64,000 nucleotides of DNA from Orbicella franksi (lineage: Eukaryota). Within the stretch, counting starts at the first letter, position 1; every line of letters starts with the position of its first letter. Positions 27,842 to 41,600 of this stretch are shown here, piece after piece. Position numbers and translations under genes: made by a program. Under the pieces are notes generated by a model. The model saw only the letters and a list, made by a program, of their open reading frames with translations. It ran no database searches and was not told where the DNA came from. Location: the NCBI GenBank assembly GCA_964199315.1, contig OZ116698.1, positions 25,358,001-25,422,000 on the forward strand, read 5' to 3'.

Positions 27842-30800
27842 AGATTCATTGATTGATTACCTTCTGTACACTAGTCATGCAGTGTACATCTATGCAGAAC
27901 ATGGTTTTAATTTCACTGAATGTGTGAATGTGTTTTTTTTCCTGATCCAGGATTGTTCTTACTATTGTTTATGCCTTGTCCATTAGCTCTAGAGTGGACT
28001 TAGATAAAATGGACATTGTTCCAAATTTCAATTTATTTTAAAATGCCTTTTTTTATTACTTTTGTTATAGATGAAGAAGAGTATATAGTGAACCTTATTG
28101 ATTCTCCAGGGCATGTGGATTTTTCCAGTGAGGCAAGCACAGGAATTCTTTTGTTGTCTTAATCATATACAGGGTGTACATACTAGTTATGCAACGCTTT
28201 TGAGTGGTATACCATGGAATCCCTGGAATATCTCACATGTCATTTTTGTTTTCTTGGTATACAAACAAGCTTTAAGTCACGTGTGTCTACCAAGAAAATA
28301 CAAGTCACAAATGGGATATCACTGGATAATGCAATTTGAGAGTTTTCATTGGCGTAGCCATCATGGGTTATGAGCCATTATACCATGCTCTACAAGTGAT
28401 TTTGGGGGGTGTTTTTATTTTTATTTTAGTCTAGTTTTCTATATTTTGGGGGGTGTTTTACATAAAACAGTAATTATTCCACTCGCCCTTGTTGGATATA
28501 AGATGTTTATAGCCAACTTGGTGCTGTGCACGCACCATGTTGGCTATCTACCATCTCATCCAACACGCACTCATGGAATAATTGTTAAGTATACTATGAG
28601 AAATATGGTGGCCAGCACAATCAATGTGACACTTGCGCTGTGCATGATGTAAAGGTTAGATGTAACACTGTTGAGAATACAACAGCTCTCCTGTATTCTG
28701 ATTGGCGTTATTGTCTATGGCATGGTAGAAAGTTTCATATACTTAAGGCGTATTTCTTGTTAGTAGTATGTCATACATTTCCTGTAGCTTGCATAATAAC
28801 TTATCCTCCAAGCCAGGCAGAGGGCACTAGTTATTAACACCAGTTTACTATCAGGATAACAATAGTTGTGGCTCAGTTTGCAACAGCTACTTGTAACATG
28901 TGCCAAGGCAAAATGTAAAACAGTGCAGACAAAAGAATTAAGTTCTGTGGATGTTGCGAAGTTTGACTAGGGGCCGTACAGGGATGTAGTTCCTCAGCAT
29001 CTAATGTTTCATCAACGTTTTTGCTACTATTGGTCAGGAGCAAGACAGTAATAAAACGATAATCAATTTGAACTTTCTCTTCAATACTTGTATTTACAGT
29101 TATTGTAATAAAATTGTGAAATACTTTAGGTGTCAACAGCTGTGAGGCTCTGTGATGGTGCAATTGTTGTGGTGGATGCGGTAGAAGGGGTCTGTCCACA
29201 GGTTAGATATCATGTTTAGTTTAAATTCAAATAAGGGGCTGATTATAACTTTCTTGTGGTTCAAAAATCCCTTGTTCACTCTTACCAATGTATAGGATAA
29301 GTACTATTAATAAGTACTCCTAACATCAATTTCACAGTAGGCCTCATTTGAACTTTTGTCAGTATTGTTATTTGAAAGTGCTACTGAAGGCCTATTAGAG
29401 CACTTTTCAACTGAGTATCCTGAAACCAAACCAAATTAATCACTTTGGCTAATCAAAAATTACATGGGCAATCCAGTGAACCAATCAAAACTTGACACAA
29501 ACACATGCAGTGGATGCAAAGTACAGAGGGATGTGTCTAAGCAAGTCACGATTGGAAAGTTATTTTTAAGCCACTCAGAATCAAAGTTAAAGATCTGGTT
29601 CTGATACGCTTCCACAAACTCTGGAATTGACCTTTAAATTCCTGGATATTGCTATTCTTCACTTTGCAGACTCACGTGGTGTTACGTCAAGCTTGGCTGG
29701 AGAACATTCATCCTTGTTTGGTATTGAACAAGATTGACAGGTTGATAACTGAACTGAAGTACTCTCCAGCTGAGGCACACTTTCATTTACAACAGATACT
29801 AGAAAAGGTAATTGTCCCACCCTGTTCAGTACTACTAGTAATCACCGTCTAATTTACACGTATTCTCCAACTAACAACACAAAGTTAGAAATGCAGATGA
29901 CAACAGTAGAGGAACTGCTAAACCCCTCTTTGTCCTACAAGTACCTTGTCAATTATCACTAATCATACAATTCAGATAAAGTTTTTTTCTTCATCCATGG
30001 TGGGGTGGGGTGCTCTTCCACAGAACCATGCATTGTTTGTAGCCTGGTAGCTTGGCAAGGGTCTGAGGAATGGAAAGAGTGTGTTGAATCCTAGATTGCT
30101 GTTTATTTGGGTGTTGAAAGTAATCCTGAGTTGCTTTGGTTTAGCTTTACTGTACTCTGACGGGTATAAAAAATGCTGCCTACTGAACCAATCAGATACA
30201 AAACCAAAAGGTATGATTAGGTATAAAAACATTAATTTTATGATTTGTTGTTTTCCACTCAGGTTAATGCCATCACAGCTGCTCTCTTTACAACTGATGT
30301 CTTGGAAAAAAATTCCACTAAAGCCACACCTGAAAAGACCTCAAACGACAAACCAGTAACGGATGATATTGCTGTGTCTATTGATGAGTGGAGTTCAGGC
30401 CTTGAAGAAACAGATGATTCGTTGTTGTACTTTTCACCTGATTTGGGAAATGTTGTATTTACAAGTGCAATTGATGGATGGGGTTTTAGGTTAGTGAGTG
30501 AAATTTTCAGATTAAATTCAATTATGTTACACATCTTTGACCTCATTGTCATTTGAACCCTCAACCTCTGGAACTGAACTTCTAAAACCTACTACTGTAA
30601 CTGATGTACCAGCATTAGGGCAAGTAAGGTCAAGTCATAGGCTGAATATACACTATACATGCTTCATTTTGTAGAGAATGACTTCCTTCCCCAAGGATCT
30701 CCTTAATTTTAGCTCATTGTACATTGACTACCATCTCCTTGAAATGTTCTCATTTTCAAACCAAGGCATAACATTTATCCTTGAAATACATTTGGAAACT

Positions 30801-33800
30801 ATTTCTGTACAGTGGAACCCCATTAATATGGTTACCAATGGGCCATGAAGTAACTTCTTGACAGATATATCACAATTGTACCTCTAGGCAACACTACTTT
30901 AATAAGCATCTGGAGTGCAGAAAAAAAATGATCTTCAATCAGTACGTACAATAGTAATCATGGCAAAATGAACATGACTGGTTGGAGTGACCGTATATTT
31001 ACTAATCAGGGTAAAATTCTATAGGATTATACAGGTTGGGATTTCAGAATGTGGCCATTGGCCATATTAACAGGGTGGCCACATTAACAGGGTTTTCTAA
31101 TCAGAAAATGTATGGCCATTTTGCTGGGTAAGAAAAGATCAGAATGGCCATACTGACAAGGTGATCTGTTTAACAAGGTGGCCATAAGGTAGAGTTCCAC
31201 TGTACTTTCATGTTAACAATTCTACAAATGTGTTTATTTACCTTATTTCACCAGCATCAATGACTTTGCTGAAATGTACGCCAGTAAACTTGGAATAAAT
31301 AAAAACATCCTCACCAAGACTCTGTGGGGAGACTTCTACCTTCATTCCAAATCAAAAAGGATTTTCAAAGGTGCCCAGGCCAAGGCTAAGAAGCCGCTGT
31401 TTGTACAGTTTATACTGGAGAACATTTGGGCTGTGTACGAGGCAGTTCTTAAGAGGTACGTTTACAGTTTTCAGCACAGTTTGTGACTTGTACAAATAGG
31501 CCTTCTCTATGAGGAAGGTTCCCTCTTCGCTCATTATGTCAGAGATAGTATAGGGCTATAAAAGGGTCTTTTATAAGATTCTTCTCAGAGAGCATGGGAA
31601 AGGAAAGGGCAACGATTTTGCATAATAAGTCAAGTGGAATGATGTGATTTTACATTCACAAAGAGGAGTTAAGATAGTGTCAACAAATTTTTCTGGCATG
31701 GCTGTAGTCAATACGTAGCCACTCTAACCATATTTTTAATAACGTTACCATTATGAACACTGATTGTTTGGTCCCAAATTTAGAAGTTTCGTTACTGGAA
31801 TCCTTGCTAATAATTATGACCACCTTGTTTAAAACCATCTTCTGGAGTCCCCATCTCTTTTTCTTTCCAAATTTAAAGTGTACTCACTTAACCTCTGAGT
31901 ACCTTCAAATTGCTTGCCTACAACAAAGTTCCTACAAGACTATCTTTTTATTACAGGGACAAAATCAAAACAGAACAGATAGTGAAATCATTAAATCTGA
32001 AGATCTCAGCAAGAGACAGTCGGCACACAGACACTCGTGTGCATCTCAAGGCCTTGTTTGATCAATGGCTTCCACTCTCTGGTTCCTTACTGGCCATGGT
32101 GGTGGACAAACTTCCCAGTCCACGAGATATGATCAGTGAGAGAGTGGAGAAGCTGATGTGTAGTGGGGTAAGGACGTTTGACTCCCTACCCGAGGAGACA
32201 CAAAGCTTGAAAAACGGTAAGTCTTATCAGTAGTCAAGCGTTTTATACATGTTACCTTATGTTTTAGAGAAACACTGAGTCCTCTTTCTGTCGTAATCCC
32301 TTGCCTCTGGTAATCTGCCTGACTCTCTTATGTTCTTAATTGTATATCAATTTACAATACGCAAATTTGCAATTAGCTAATCAGTAGCCATTTCTAGTGT
32401 TCTGATATCCTACGGCTTCAAGTCATTTCTCTTCAGAGTTTTGCCTAAATTTGGGTGTGGTACCTTACAGTTTGATTTGCTTAAGGTATTAGGACTAAGT
32501 ACTATTTGCTACTTTCGTGATCTATTAAGCAATCACAGAATTTATTTGTGCCTCTGGAAGAAGAATTTTGCAAGATTTGAAGTGTTCTATATGGAGTCTT
32601 GCTCTATAGTTGACTATTAGATTATTCGCTCTCAATTTATGTAGTGTTATGGTTGACTCGGGCGCCCTCGTCAACTATCGCGCTATATTAATCGAGAGTG
32701 AATAATCGAATTGTTTTAGTATAAATTCAGTAGTAAGTTATCGCCTGGACTGGTAAATTCAATCTAAATCCTCCCAGACACTTCAAAAACGTAAAGAAGC
32801 GACCGCCATTTTATTATCAGCCGCGCACTGCTAGGCTACCCACTATCTACAACAGAGTGTAGCCAATAAGAGAACGGCATTCGTGATACGACGTTAATAG
32901 ATTTATACTAATTTAGATAAGACTCTAAGAAGAATGTATACGAAACTTGTGTGTCATCTTTTAATGATACCCTCAGTGTTAAAAACAACCTGCCCAGGGA
33001 TAGAAAAACATTTCCTGAAACGGTATACAGTAGCCAGCCTTATCACAAACTTGTATCCAGTCTCCTTTAATGTTTATGTTTTTTAATTTCCTTTACTTTC
33101 TTTTTCCTTCAGATTTTCTGGCCTGCACGTCTTCTGATGATGCACCAGTTATTGTTTTTGTTTCCAAAATGTTTGCAGTTGAAGACAGTGCCTTGCCGAA
33201 ACATCGTAAGAGGTACACTTGTACATGTTCATTCTCTCATCCCGTGATAGTTCTAAAGTTGCAATCGTAAATTGTTACACACAAATCAGAGGATTTTACG
33301 GACTCACGTGTTGTAGTTTTACAATTGTGTAATTCAACGAATACGTAAGACCGCAACCTTTAGTTCAGCTGCCCGTTTGTGTCTGGTTGAGTTCCAGTTA
33401 AGTACTAGGCACTTTTAGAGGTTTACGCTAACCGATATGAATCCTTTTAGAGGTGATTTTGTACACCAGGCAACCAGCCAAGGAAAAGATATTCATGTTT
33501 CCACTCCGGCATTTCTCGTATTTTCCAGTCCTATTTTCTATTTGGTAAGGAAGTCAGTTTGTAAGGTTAGGTTTTTTGTGTAACTGTTCCTAATACCTTC
33601 AGAAAATTTGATCCATTCTTCATTTTTCTCTTGGTCCATGTTTAAGGCCTTTGACTCAAGACGAAATTGCGGCTCGACGCGAACAAGCTCGACAAAGACA
33701 CGCCGAGATGATGGCAAATAACACTGGCTTGGAAAATGGAACTCCTCTTATCCTCGAGCCAGCCAACAAAGATAACAAGGAAAACGAAAACAATGAAATG

Positions 33801-36800
33801 AAGATAAAACCAAGAGAAGAGAAGGAGCTCCCTAAAAGTCACGTGCTAGCGTTCGCGCGGGTGTACAGTGGGACTATCAAGAAGGGACAACAACTGTACG
33901 TGTTAGGCCCAAAACATGATCCACGAGAGAGCCTTAGTGAAGATTTGGTACCTTTAGAGGACCTCGATCAAACTATACCAGACAGGTAGTGCGTAATTTC
34001 CTATCACAAACTGTCCGCTGTGTTTAACTTTAAGGATAAGGCTTTTCTTCATGAAAACGATAAACGCAGACCTTTTATGGTAACCGGATGTTAGCCCCTA
34101 GGACAGAGGGTGTAGGTGTTTGCAATAAGCATTGGTAGTAAAGTAAAAAGATGGTACACCTTTTCATTATTTTGTTATTGAGAATTGTACTGGTACAAAG
34201 TCCAAAGGAAACTGAAAATCCTTGATAGTACACAAAAAGATTTCTGTTCATTAGTATGGAGTATATGGGACAATCAATGGGAAATAAACACTGTTCGGGT
34301 CATATTCTCTAATTTGTGAATTTTATTGACAGTGCTATTGATGTTTGTCTATTTTTTTTTTTTTTCCACTTACAAGCAGTGACAAAGAAGAGACTAGCGA
34401 GGGATTGTCAGTAGCAAAATCAGTGGACCGTGGTACAAACCAACACGTGGCGTGCTTCACCGTACAAGACCTCTACTTACTAATGGGTCGAGAGCTCGAC
34501 GCCCTCGATTCTGTGCCGGCCGGGAACGTCCTGGGGATAGGCGGTCTCGAAAGTCACGTGCTGAAGTCGGCTACAATCTCCAGCACTGTTTCTTGCCCGC
34601 CATTTACTGCTCTTCCAATCGAGGCTCGCCCCATTGTACGTGTAGCAGTAGAACCAGTCCACCCCGCCGACATGCCGGCGCTTGCTAGGGGAATGAGGCT
34701 ACTTAATCAGGCTGATCCTTGTGTTGAAACTTTAGTCCAAGAAACTGGTAAGCTGTCATACGTCAGGCGCATTTCACTTTCCACACTAGCAGCTATAATT
34801 TCAGACAAAAGTTGTTGGTACACTTCTGATTGGATCACGTATATCTCCCTCAACAGAATTGGAATAATAAAACGGGAGAGAAAATTGTAAAACGAGGGGC
34901 AAGGGGGACAGCGTTTCACTGGAGTAACGTAGCAAAATCGTTTAGCAATGTAGCAACATTTTACAATATACTTTCTGTCAAATTTTAGACCTACGCGTGT
35001 AAATCGATCTCGTATGAAATTGGTCAGTCCTGTTATAAATTCAACCTGCTATGAAATCATGAACAGTTGAAAAAGGTGGCGTTTCTTTGAAAACGGTTAA
35101 CATTAATTAGTGACTCCAAGAAACGAAGCTCGCTTATTCTCAACTGAAAAATTTCCTTTTAGAATTTTCGTTAATTGCTTATCAGTTTGCTTTTCAGGGT
35201 TTTGGGTAATATTTTAGAATTAAGTGTGCGTGAAATTTCTGTCATGTTTTTTCTCATATACCTTGATAATTTTCTTCACTTCAGGTGAACACGTGATCGT
35301 AGGGGCAGGCGAGGTTCATCTACAGCGGTGCATTGACGACCTAAAACAACGCTTCGCCTGCATCAAACTCAACGTGTCAGCGCCTATAGTTCCATTCAGA
35401 GAGACCATCGTCATACCTCCTACCGTAGACAGAGTCAACGAAGCTATTGTCAGCGAAACAGTCGCGGCGCAGCCAAAACAGAACGAGGATGAAGAAGGAA
35501 GCGAAGGTGTTAGGAACGTCCTTGACAAAGAGAAAGGCCTCATTGAAATCAGGACAGCAAACAAATTGTGTAGTGTTCACATCAGGGCTATGCCACTCCC
35601 AGAGGATGTAACTCAGTTACTGGATAAGAAAACCGATTTGATCAAAATACTGGTGACAGTTTCATCTGCTACAAGCATCTCAGAGCGGAGACAGTTAGCA
35701 GAACAAGTTAAGCTCTCGACAAGAGAAGCATTGAAATGTTTCTATCAAGAGCTCTGCAATGCTTTTAAAGAGGCAGGCAGTATGTGGGATGGCGCTGCTG
35801 ATCATATCTGGGCATTTGGACCTCGTAGGGTTGGCAGTAATGTGTTGTTAAACAGGATTCCTGGATATAAACGACCTTCAATGTGGCACACTCTGGGATT
35901 ATCAGGTATGTTCGTTATTTTCGTGAAATGTTTTGTGATTGCACCCTGTTTGAGGGAACCATTGTAATTTGGTAGCTCTGTGCTTGGAACTCGGACGCTC
36001 CCCACGGCTGTATCAAATCATTTTACCCAAAAGTCTACACGCAAATATTCCTTGCAGTCTCCAAACATAGCTCTAGCACTTGTTTGGAAATCTAAATTCT
36101 TCGTTGTAACTTCACATTTTGTAATGACAGTTCACCAAATCGTAGGCAGGCCTTTCGTACAGGTTTGTGTCGCAATTAAGTTTCCGCACATTTTGTACGA
36201 GACATTGTCCCGTGCCGAGAAAGTAGTGTAAGAATGGCCTTAGTAACTTTTAGTTATTTCGATTGCTTCAGGAAATACTTTTGTGCCATCCGATAGCAGT
36301 TATTGGGATTATGATAACAGTATTATAAGCGGCTTTCAGCTGGCCACATTAGCCGGACCTCTTTGTGAGGAACCTTTGATGGGCGTGTGCTTTGTCATCG
36401 AGAATTGGATTTCAACGGAGCAGGACTTGCTCTCGAATGCAACAACAGGTATAACAGGTATGACTGGATTAACAGATCCATCACAAGCAAGTCTGTCATA
36501 CGAGGACGACAAAACTGTTGAACAGAATGTGACTGAGAATGACAACAATGAGGACAAAACTAACGAGGAGAACGATGAAAATGTTAAAAACTCATCGACA
36601 GATGGTATCTTAACTCAGACTGAAACAGAAGATGGTAATGTGAAAAATCCTCCTTCACAAAGACTCGATAGATTCGGACCGTTCTCAGGACAGCTCATGT
36701 CCGCTGTCAAGGAAGGCTGCAGGCGCGCTTTTCTTCTTCAGCCAGTTCGTCTCATGGCCGCTATGTACACTTGCGACATTCAAGCTACTGCCGAGGTCCT

Positions 36801-38080
36801 GGGTCGAATGTACGCGGTTGTATCGAAACGAGAGGGACGGGTGCTGAGAGAGGAAATGAAGGAAGGTTCAGACGTGTTTGACGTCACAGCTGTACTTCCG
36901 GTAGCAGAAAGTTTTGGATTTGCGGAAGAAATACGAAAACGAACCAGTGGACTAGCCAATCCACAGCTTGTGTTCAGTCACTGGGAGGTGAGATTTTAAG
37001 GGTGCTTCTTGATCTTTTTAGTATAACATTTTATACCATGCCATAGAAAAATACAGCCAATCGGAATACAGGAAAGCCGTCGTATATTCGATGGTATTGC
37101 ATTTAACCTTCCCATCATGCGCCGCGCGTATGTGACATTGATTGTGTCGACCACTGTATTTTCTGTGGCATGATGTAATATAGTTATACAACGCCCTCTC
37201 GTGGTATACCATGTAATATCCCGCTTGTCACTTGCATTTTCTTGGTATACTCACGAGCCTACAAAACACAAAAGAAAATACAAGTGACTCGTGGAATATT
37301 CCATGGTATACCACGAGAGAGCATTGCATAAGCAGTATGTAGGCGTAAAGGGGTTAATCGTGCTATATGAAGTGCGAAAAATGAAGGTGTCTCGTCAGAA
37401 GAAAACAATTGCCCCTCAATCAGTGGTAAAAAGTACATTCGCTAATAAATGTTCATTGGACGCTTTTCCGTCAGTCACCTGTGTAATGGATGAAATTGAT
37501 TTAATTGTAACAGCAATGAATCAATTCCAAAGAGTTTATACTGATGAGGAAGCCTTACATAGTTCCGTGTTTCTGATTGATTATTGCAAGGGTTTCAATG
37601 CGTTTTTCTCTCGCAAGTAACAGCCAACTCCAGTAACACTACTCCGATCGATCTCTGTAAAGCTGAGTCATCATATGTTTTTCCTCTCCATTGGCGAAGA
37701 TAGACGTTTCTACTCGGAGTCGGTCGGCTTTTTCCGGTGCAGCTCGCGACCATTCGGAAAACTGCCGACCGATCCTAATTACGTTTGTTAGCCCGTGGAA
37801 TTGTTTTCTGTAAATCGAAATTGTACCTTGGCACAAAGAAGGTGATATGATTATTCTAACTTGTCTTTTTGGTCGTTTCTTCCCTTTTTTGTCGTAGGTT
37901 GTGGATATTGATCCATTCTGGGTTCCCACAACAGAAGAGGAATACACTCATTTTGGCGAGAAAGCGGACTCGGAAAACCAAGCGCGAAAATACATGAACA
38001 GCGTGAGGCGACGTAAAGGGCTATACGTGGAGGAAAAGACTGTTGAACACGCAGAGAAGCAACGGACTTTAAAGAAATAG
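26668..38080 (+). CDS. EFL1: Elongation factor-like GTPase 1 (ribosome maturation factor, 1177 aa)
   Basis: 15 exons totalling 3534 nt in frame: 26668-26758, 26858-26925, 27610-27694, 28071-28132, 29130-29201, 29670-29807, 30263-30489, 31255-31455, 31957-32216, 33113-33212, 33647-33985, 34377-34747, 35285-35905, 36272-36987, 37898-38080. Motifs [41 protein letters not shown] and C-terminal [19 protein letters not shown]...RRRKGL. Confidence 0.97.
27811..27842 (+). repeat. (TAAA)8 microsatellite in an EFL1 intron
   Basis: Eight perfect TAAA units. Confidence 0.95.
30810..31202. mobile_element. Tc1/mariner-type MITE in an EFL1 intron
   Basis: TA|cagtggaac ... gttccactg|TA, giving inverted termini and a TA duplication; related to 874-1062. 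Confidence 0.7.
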
Positions 38081-38635
38081 TTGAAGCTAGAGGAGACAAA
38101 CCAGAGCTTTGATTTAAGGAACTACTCTGCTCTTTTGAAGAAGTCTTTCTCCTAAGTCTGTCCGGATTATGTTTTGTTCGTTAACTGGGTTAGTGTGAGT
38201 GATTTTGGCTGCTTTCTGCTGAATGTTTTTAAAGTAGACTGCAGTCCAACAAAGGGAATTGTTTTTAAGATTCTTGGAACGGAGAGGCCGTTACTGTATT
38301 TCTTTTGAACACAAGAGATGTTATTATGTAGCCATAAGCTGAAATACCAAATACCTTTATCAACCAATTATTAAACGTAAAACCACGATTTTGATATTGT
38401 GCTCTCTGCTATACGCATTTTGTATCCGGGTTGGGTCTTTCTCGACTTTATCACTCCTCCGGCCACTATTTGGTTTCTTTGGAGCAAACTTCTGCTCTTT
38501 AACTCACGACTTGTGGTTTAATCGTCAACTTACATTTAAAAATCACTTAAGGGAGGTTCGGAGACAGAAACGTTAACAGCGAACAACTTTATTCAGAAGC
38601 TGTTCTAATTATTTAGGACACAACAGCTTAGTCAG

Positions 38636-41600
38636 TTACTGAGCACCCTCTTGGCTTACACGACAAGCTGAAGGAGTTACCAAGTTAACGTTCTCTGCCT
38701 TGGCCAGATCGTAAAAATCTGCCCAAGCCTTGACATTTCCATTGCCCTTCTCGCACGCTTTGGAGAACTCGGCAATATCTTCAGGAGCTATGACTTTGTC
38801 CCATAGATTCAGGCCTGTTATTTGATAAGGGTATTCTGTATAGTGACCGATTGTCAACACTCCCCCACCCTCTAGGGATCCGATCAGACGGGTGTCGGCG
38901 ACCTTGCGCAAGCCGTCCAAGTAGTGTATCGTCACTCCACTGTGACCTGCCCACGTGATGCAAATCTGGTGCCAGTTTTTGTCCGTCAAAGCAGTCAGCG
39001 GTAATCTGAAGTGGAAAAGAATGGAGGAGTGTTGCTATTGAGAAAAATATCAGTGTTAGTAACGCCAACTACTGTGGAAATATTCTGAACCCTTGGACCT
39101 TTGGCACTGACACGTGTTACACAATCTAGGCCCATCTTCGCAAGTTGAGGAGGAGGGGTGTTCACCCCTGGAGTGATTCAAATGTCTCCGGGGATCAACT
39201 ATTAAAGGGCATGTAAACCCAAAAATACAGGTTTTTCTTATTCGACGCAAACAGCAACGTAGAAAACGAATTCGGCATTTATTTTGCTCGTTTGGGTTTC
39301 GTTAAGGAAAAAAACAGCTTTTACGAGAAAACATCCACTTCCGGTGAAAACAATAGCCATCTGTCGTGACGTAAGCGGTGGAACACAAACATTGCGCAAT
39401 AGGGATTCCATATGAGAATTCTATGGCGGATCGGGAAAGTGGGAGTAGCTCGGAGGATCTTTTATCGGATGACAGCGATTCAAATTTGGTGGATTTGTAT
39501 GATAGTGATGTAGAAAATTCAGTTGTAGCTGTGGAACAATCTGGGCCTCGTCCGTATCAATCTGAGCCACGAAGGGTCCGACAAAACGATCAACAAGAAG
39601 CCAGCCCAGAACCAAATGACAACAACTCAGACCGTCTTGGAAACACAGACTGGTGTTTGATCATTTTGCAATTAAATTACATTTTTAGCAGATGAACATC
39701 AATTGAAGCCGGCGCATAGTCAGATTAGCACGCAAATAGAAGCTCGCCAAATTTTGTTGTTGTCTTTTTTCCCGACCTTTCTTGGGTGCGTTAAAAGGTG
39801 CGAGTGTCAAGTATGTCAGCCAATGCCGACTGCTCACGAAAGTGTTTGCTGCGCTGAAATCGGACAAGTCTGGCAAAAAGTAGAAAATCAGAGGCCAGAA
39901 ATACAAATGAAAGGTATTACCTAGCATCCAGGATTTCAGTCGACCTGTCTTGATGTTTGGGTGCTTGAAACTGCTTATTACGCATTCAGGCAGCAGCACG
40001 ACACAGATAATCACACAGGAAACGAGTAAGTTTACTTTTATTTTAACTATCGCGGTTCAATTGTAAGATTTACCTCTGCCGTAACTGGTTTTATTTTAGT
40101 ACAACACTAGTGTAGATAGTTATTTCTCTGTATTTTTCGTGTAGGAGATTTCGATACATTGCCTATCGGCAGCTTGTTCGTTGAAGCACCTTTTCAGCCG
40201 ATTTTGGCACCACGTATACTGGGTTGAACCCACCAACCCAGTGAGGGATAAGAAGGTGATTGCTAATTTACATCATAATTATTAATATTGAAAATATGTT
40301 ACAGCACTGGCAGCAATGGGCTTAACATATACAAAGGCACAAACGTGGTTTGCCGTAATTACCTTTCTAGTTACTCAATGATGTGTAAGCGTGACACATA
40401 TTGTTCTACTGCTGTTTCTTTGCAGGGTTTCTCAAAGGAAGCAGAGATTATCTGTGTTGCGAAGAATAGCAGATAGAGTGGTTTACCCTATTAACCTCAA
40501 GCGTTTGAAGAGCTCTACTTCTTCTAGGCCTTTTATCGGCACTGTCAGCCATTTCCGGTTGTTTGCTGCCTTCATTTTGGATAGGCCGCTTTCGTTTGTC
40601 GCAAGAATTTGTTGCTGCTGGAGACTGTATCGTCGGTACAGCACCAGAAAGTAAAGGACTTTGCTTTCTCAGCCCCATTTCTACCATGAAACCTTTTTTC
40701 GTAACAATCCGGAGAAAAATGAATGTTGCAAATAACCGAATGCTCCGTCGGCTCTACGAAATCGGCCCTTTTCGCTAGACTCGATTTGCGCCTTGAACAA
40801 ATTTTACCCACTGCCGCCTCAAATTAGCGTCTTTTGGAAACTTATGCATAGTATGGCCTGTTTTGTTCGAATTACTGCAAAACTGAACGACACAGCGTTT
40901 TACCATAATGAAGATGTAGTGTTTTTCCAAAAGAAACTATGTAAACATGTGCTTATTTCACAACGTGTTCAAGACAGGCCTTTGACTTCCCGTAACTAAA
41001 GGTCCACCCGTGACGTCATTTGCTAGATTGCGCAATTCAAGATGGCGGATGTTTAGAACTTTGAAGCGATTTTTCAACGTAAAAACGGGCTAAAGTGAAC
41101 AAAAGATCTACAGATTTGGCAGATGTCATGTATGTACTAAACGACTATGTGGTCCCCAAAATAGCATTTTTTGGGTTTACATGCCCTTTAAAAGTTACGG
41201 AGGTAATCTCAAGACACTTCAAAAGGAATTGCTAAAAGATACTAGGATCTTAGTTTACGGGCATTGCCTTAATTAATTTTCCCCAAAGAGGTACAAGTTC
41301 ATTGTCTGACAGGAAATCACGGACCATGTTTTCTCGGTTTAATGCCCTGTAGTGTGCCAGGGATAGCCAGTATTCATCCTCCCCCCCCCCCCTAAAAAAG
41401 AGGGGTAGGGTCCACCTCCCCGATAGTTTTGAGGGGAGGGGGTGGATGTTCCCAGGCTATGCCAGGAAATAATCTTAACGATAGTCATGTTGTGTTAATA
41501 CAGCGCTAACCTCTCAACGGTAACAAGATTATCCCCGTCACTATTACACAGGAGTACTTATGGGATGGGCTCTCAGTGTTCTGTTTAGTGAAATAAAATC

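Larger units (their letters stand above)
39206..41187. mobile_element. Internally deleted Kolobok-type DNA transposon in the last intron of copy C
   Basis: Perfect 20-bp TIRs agggcatgtaaacccaaaaa / tttttgggtttacatgccct, TTAA on both flanks (39202-39205, 41188-41191). Carries convergent THAP and KolX-like remnants; no DDE core seen. Confidence 0.82.
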
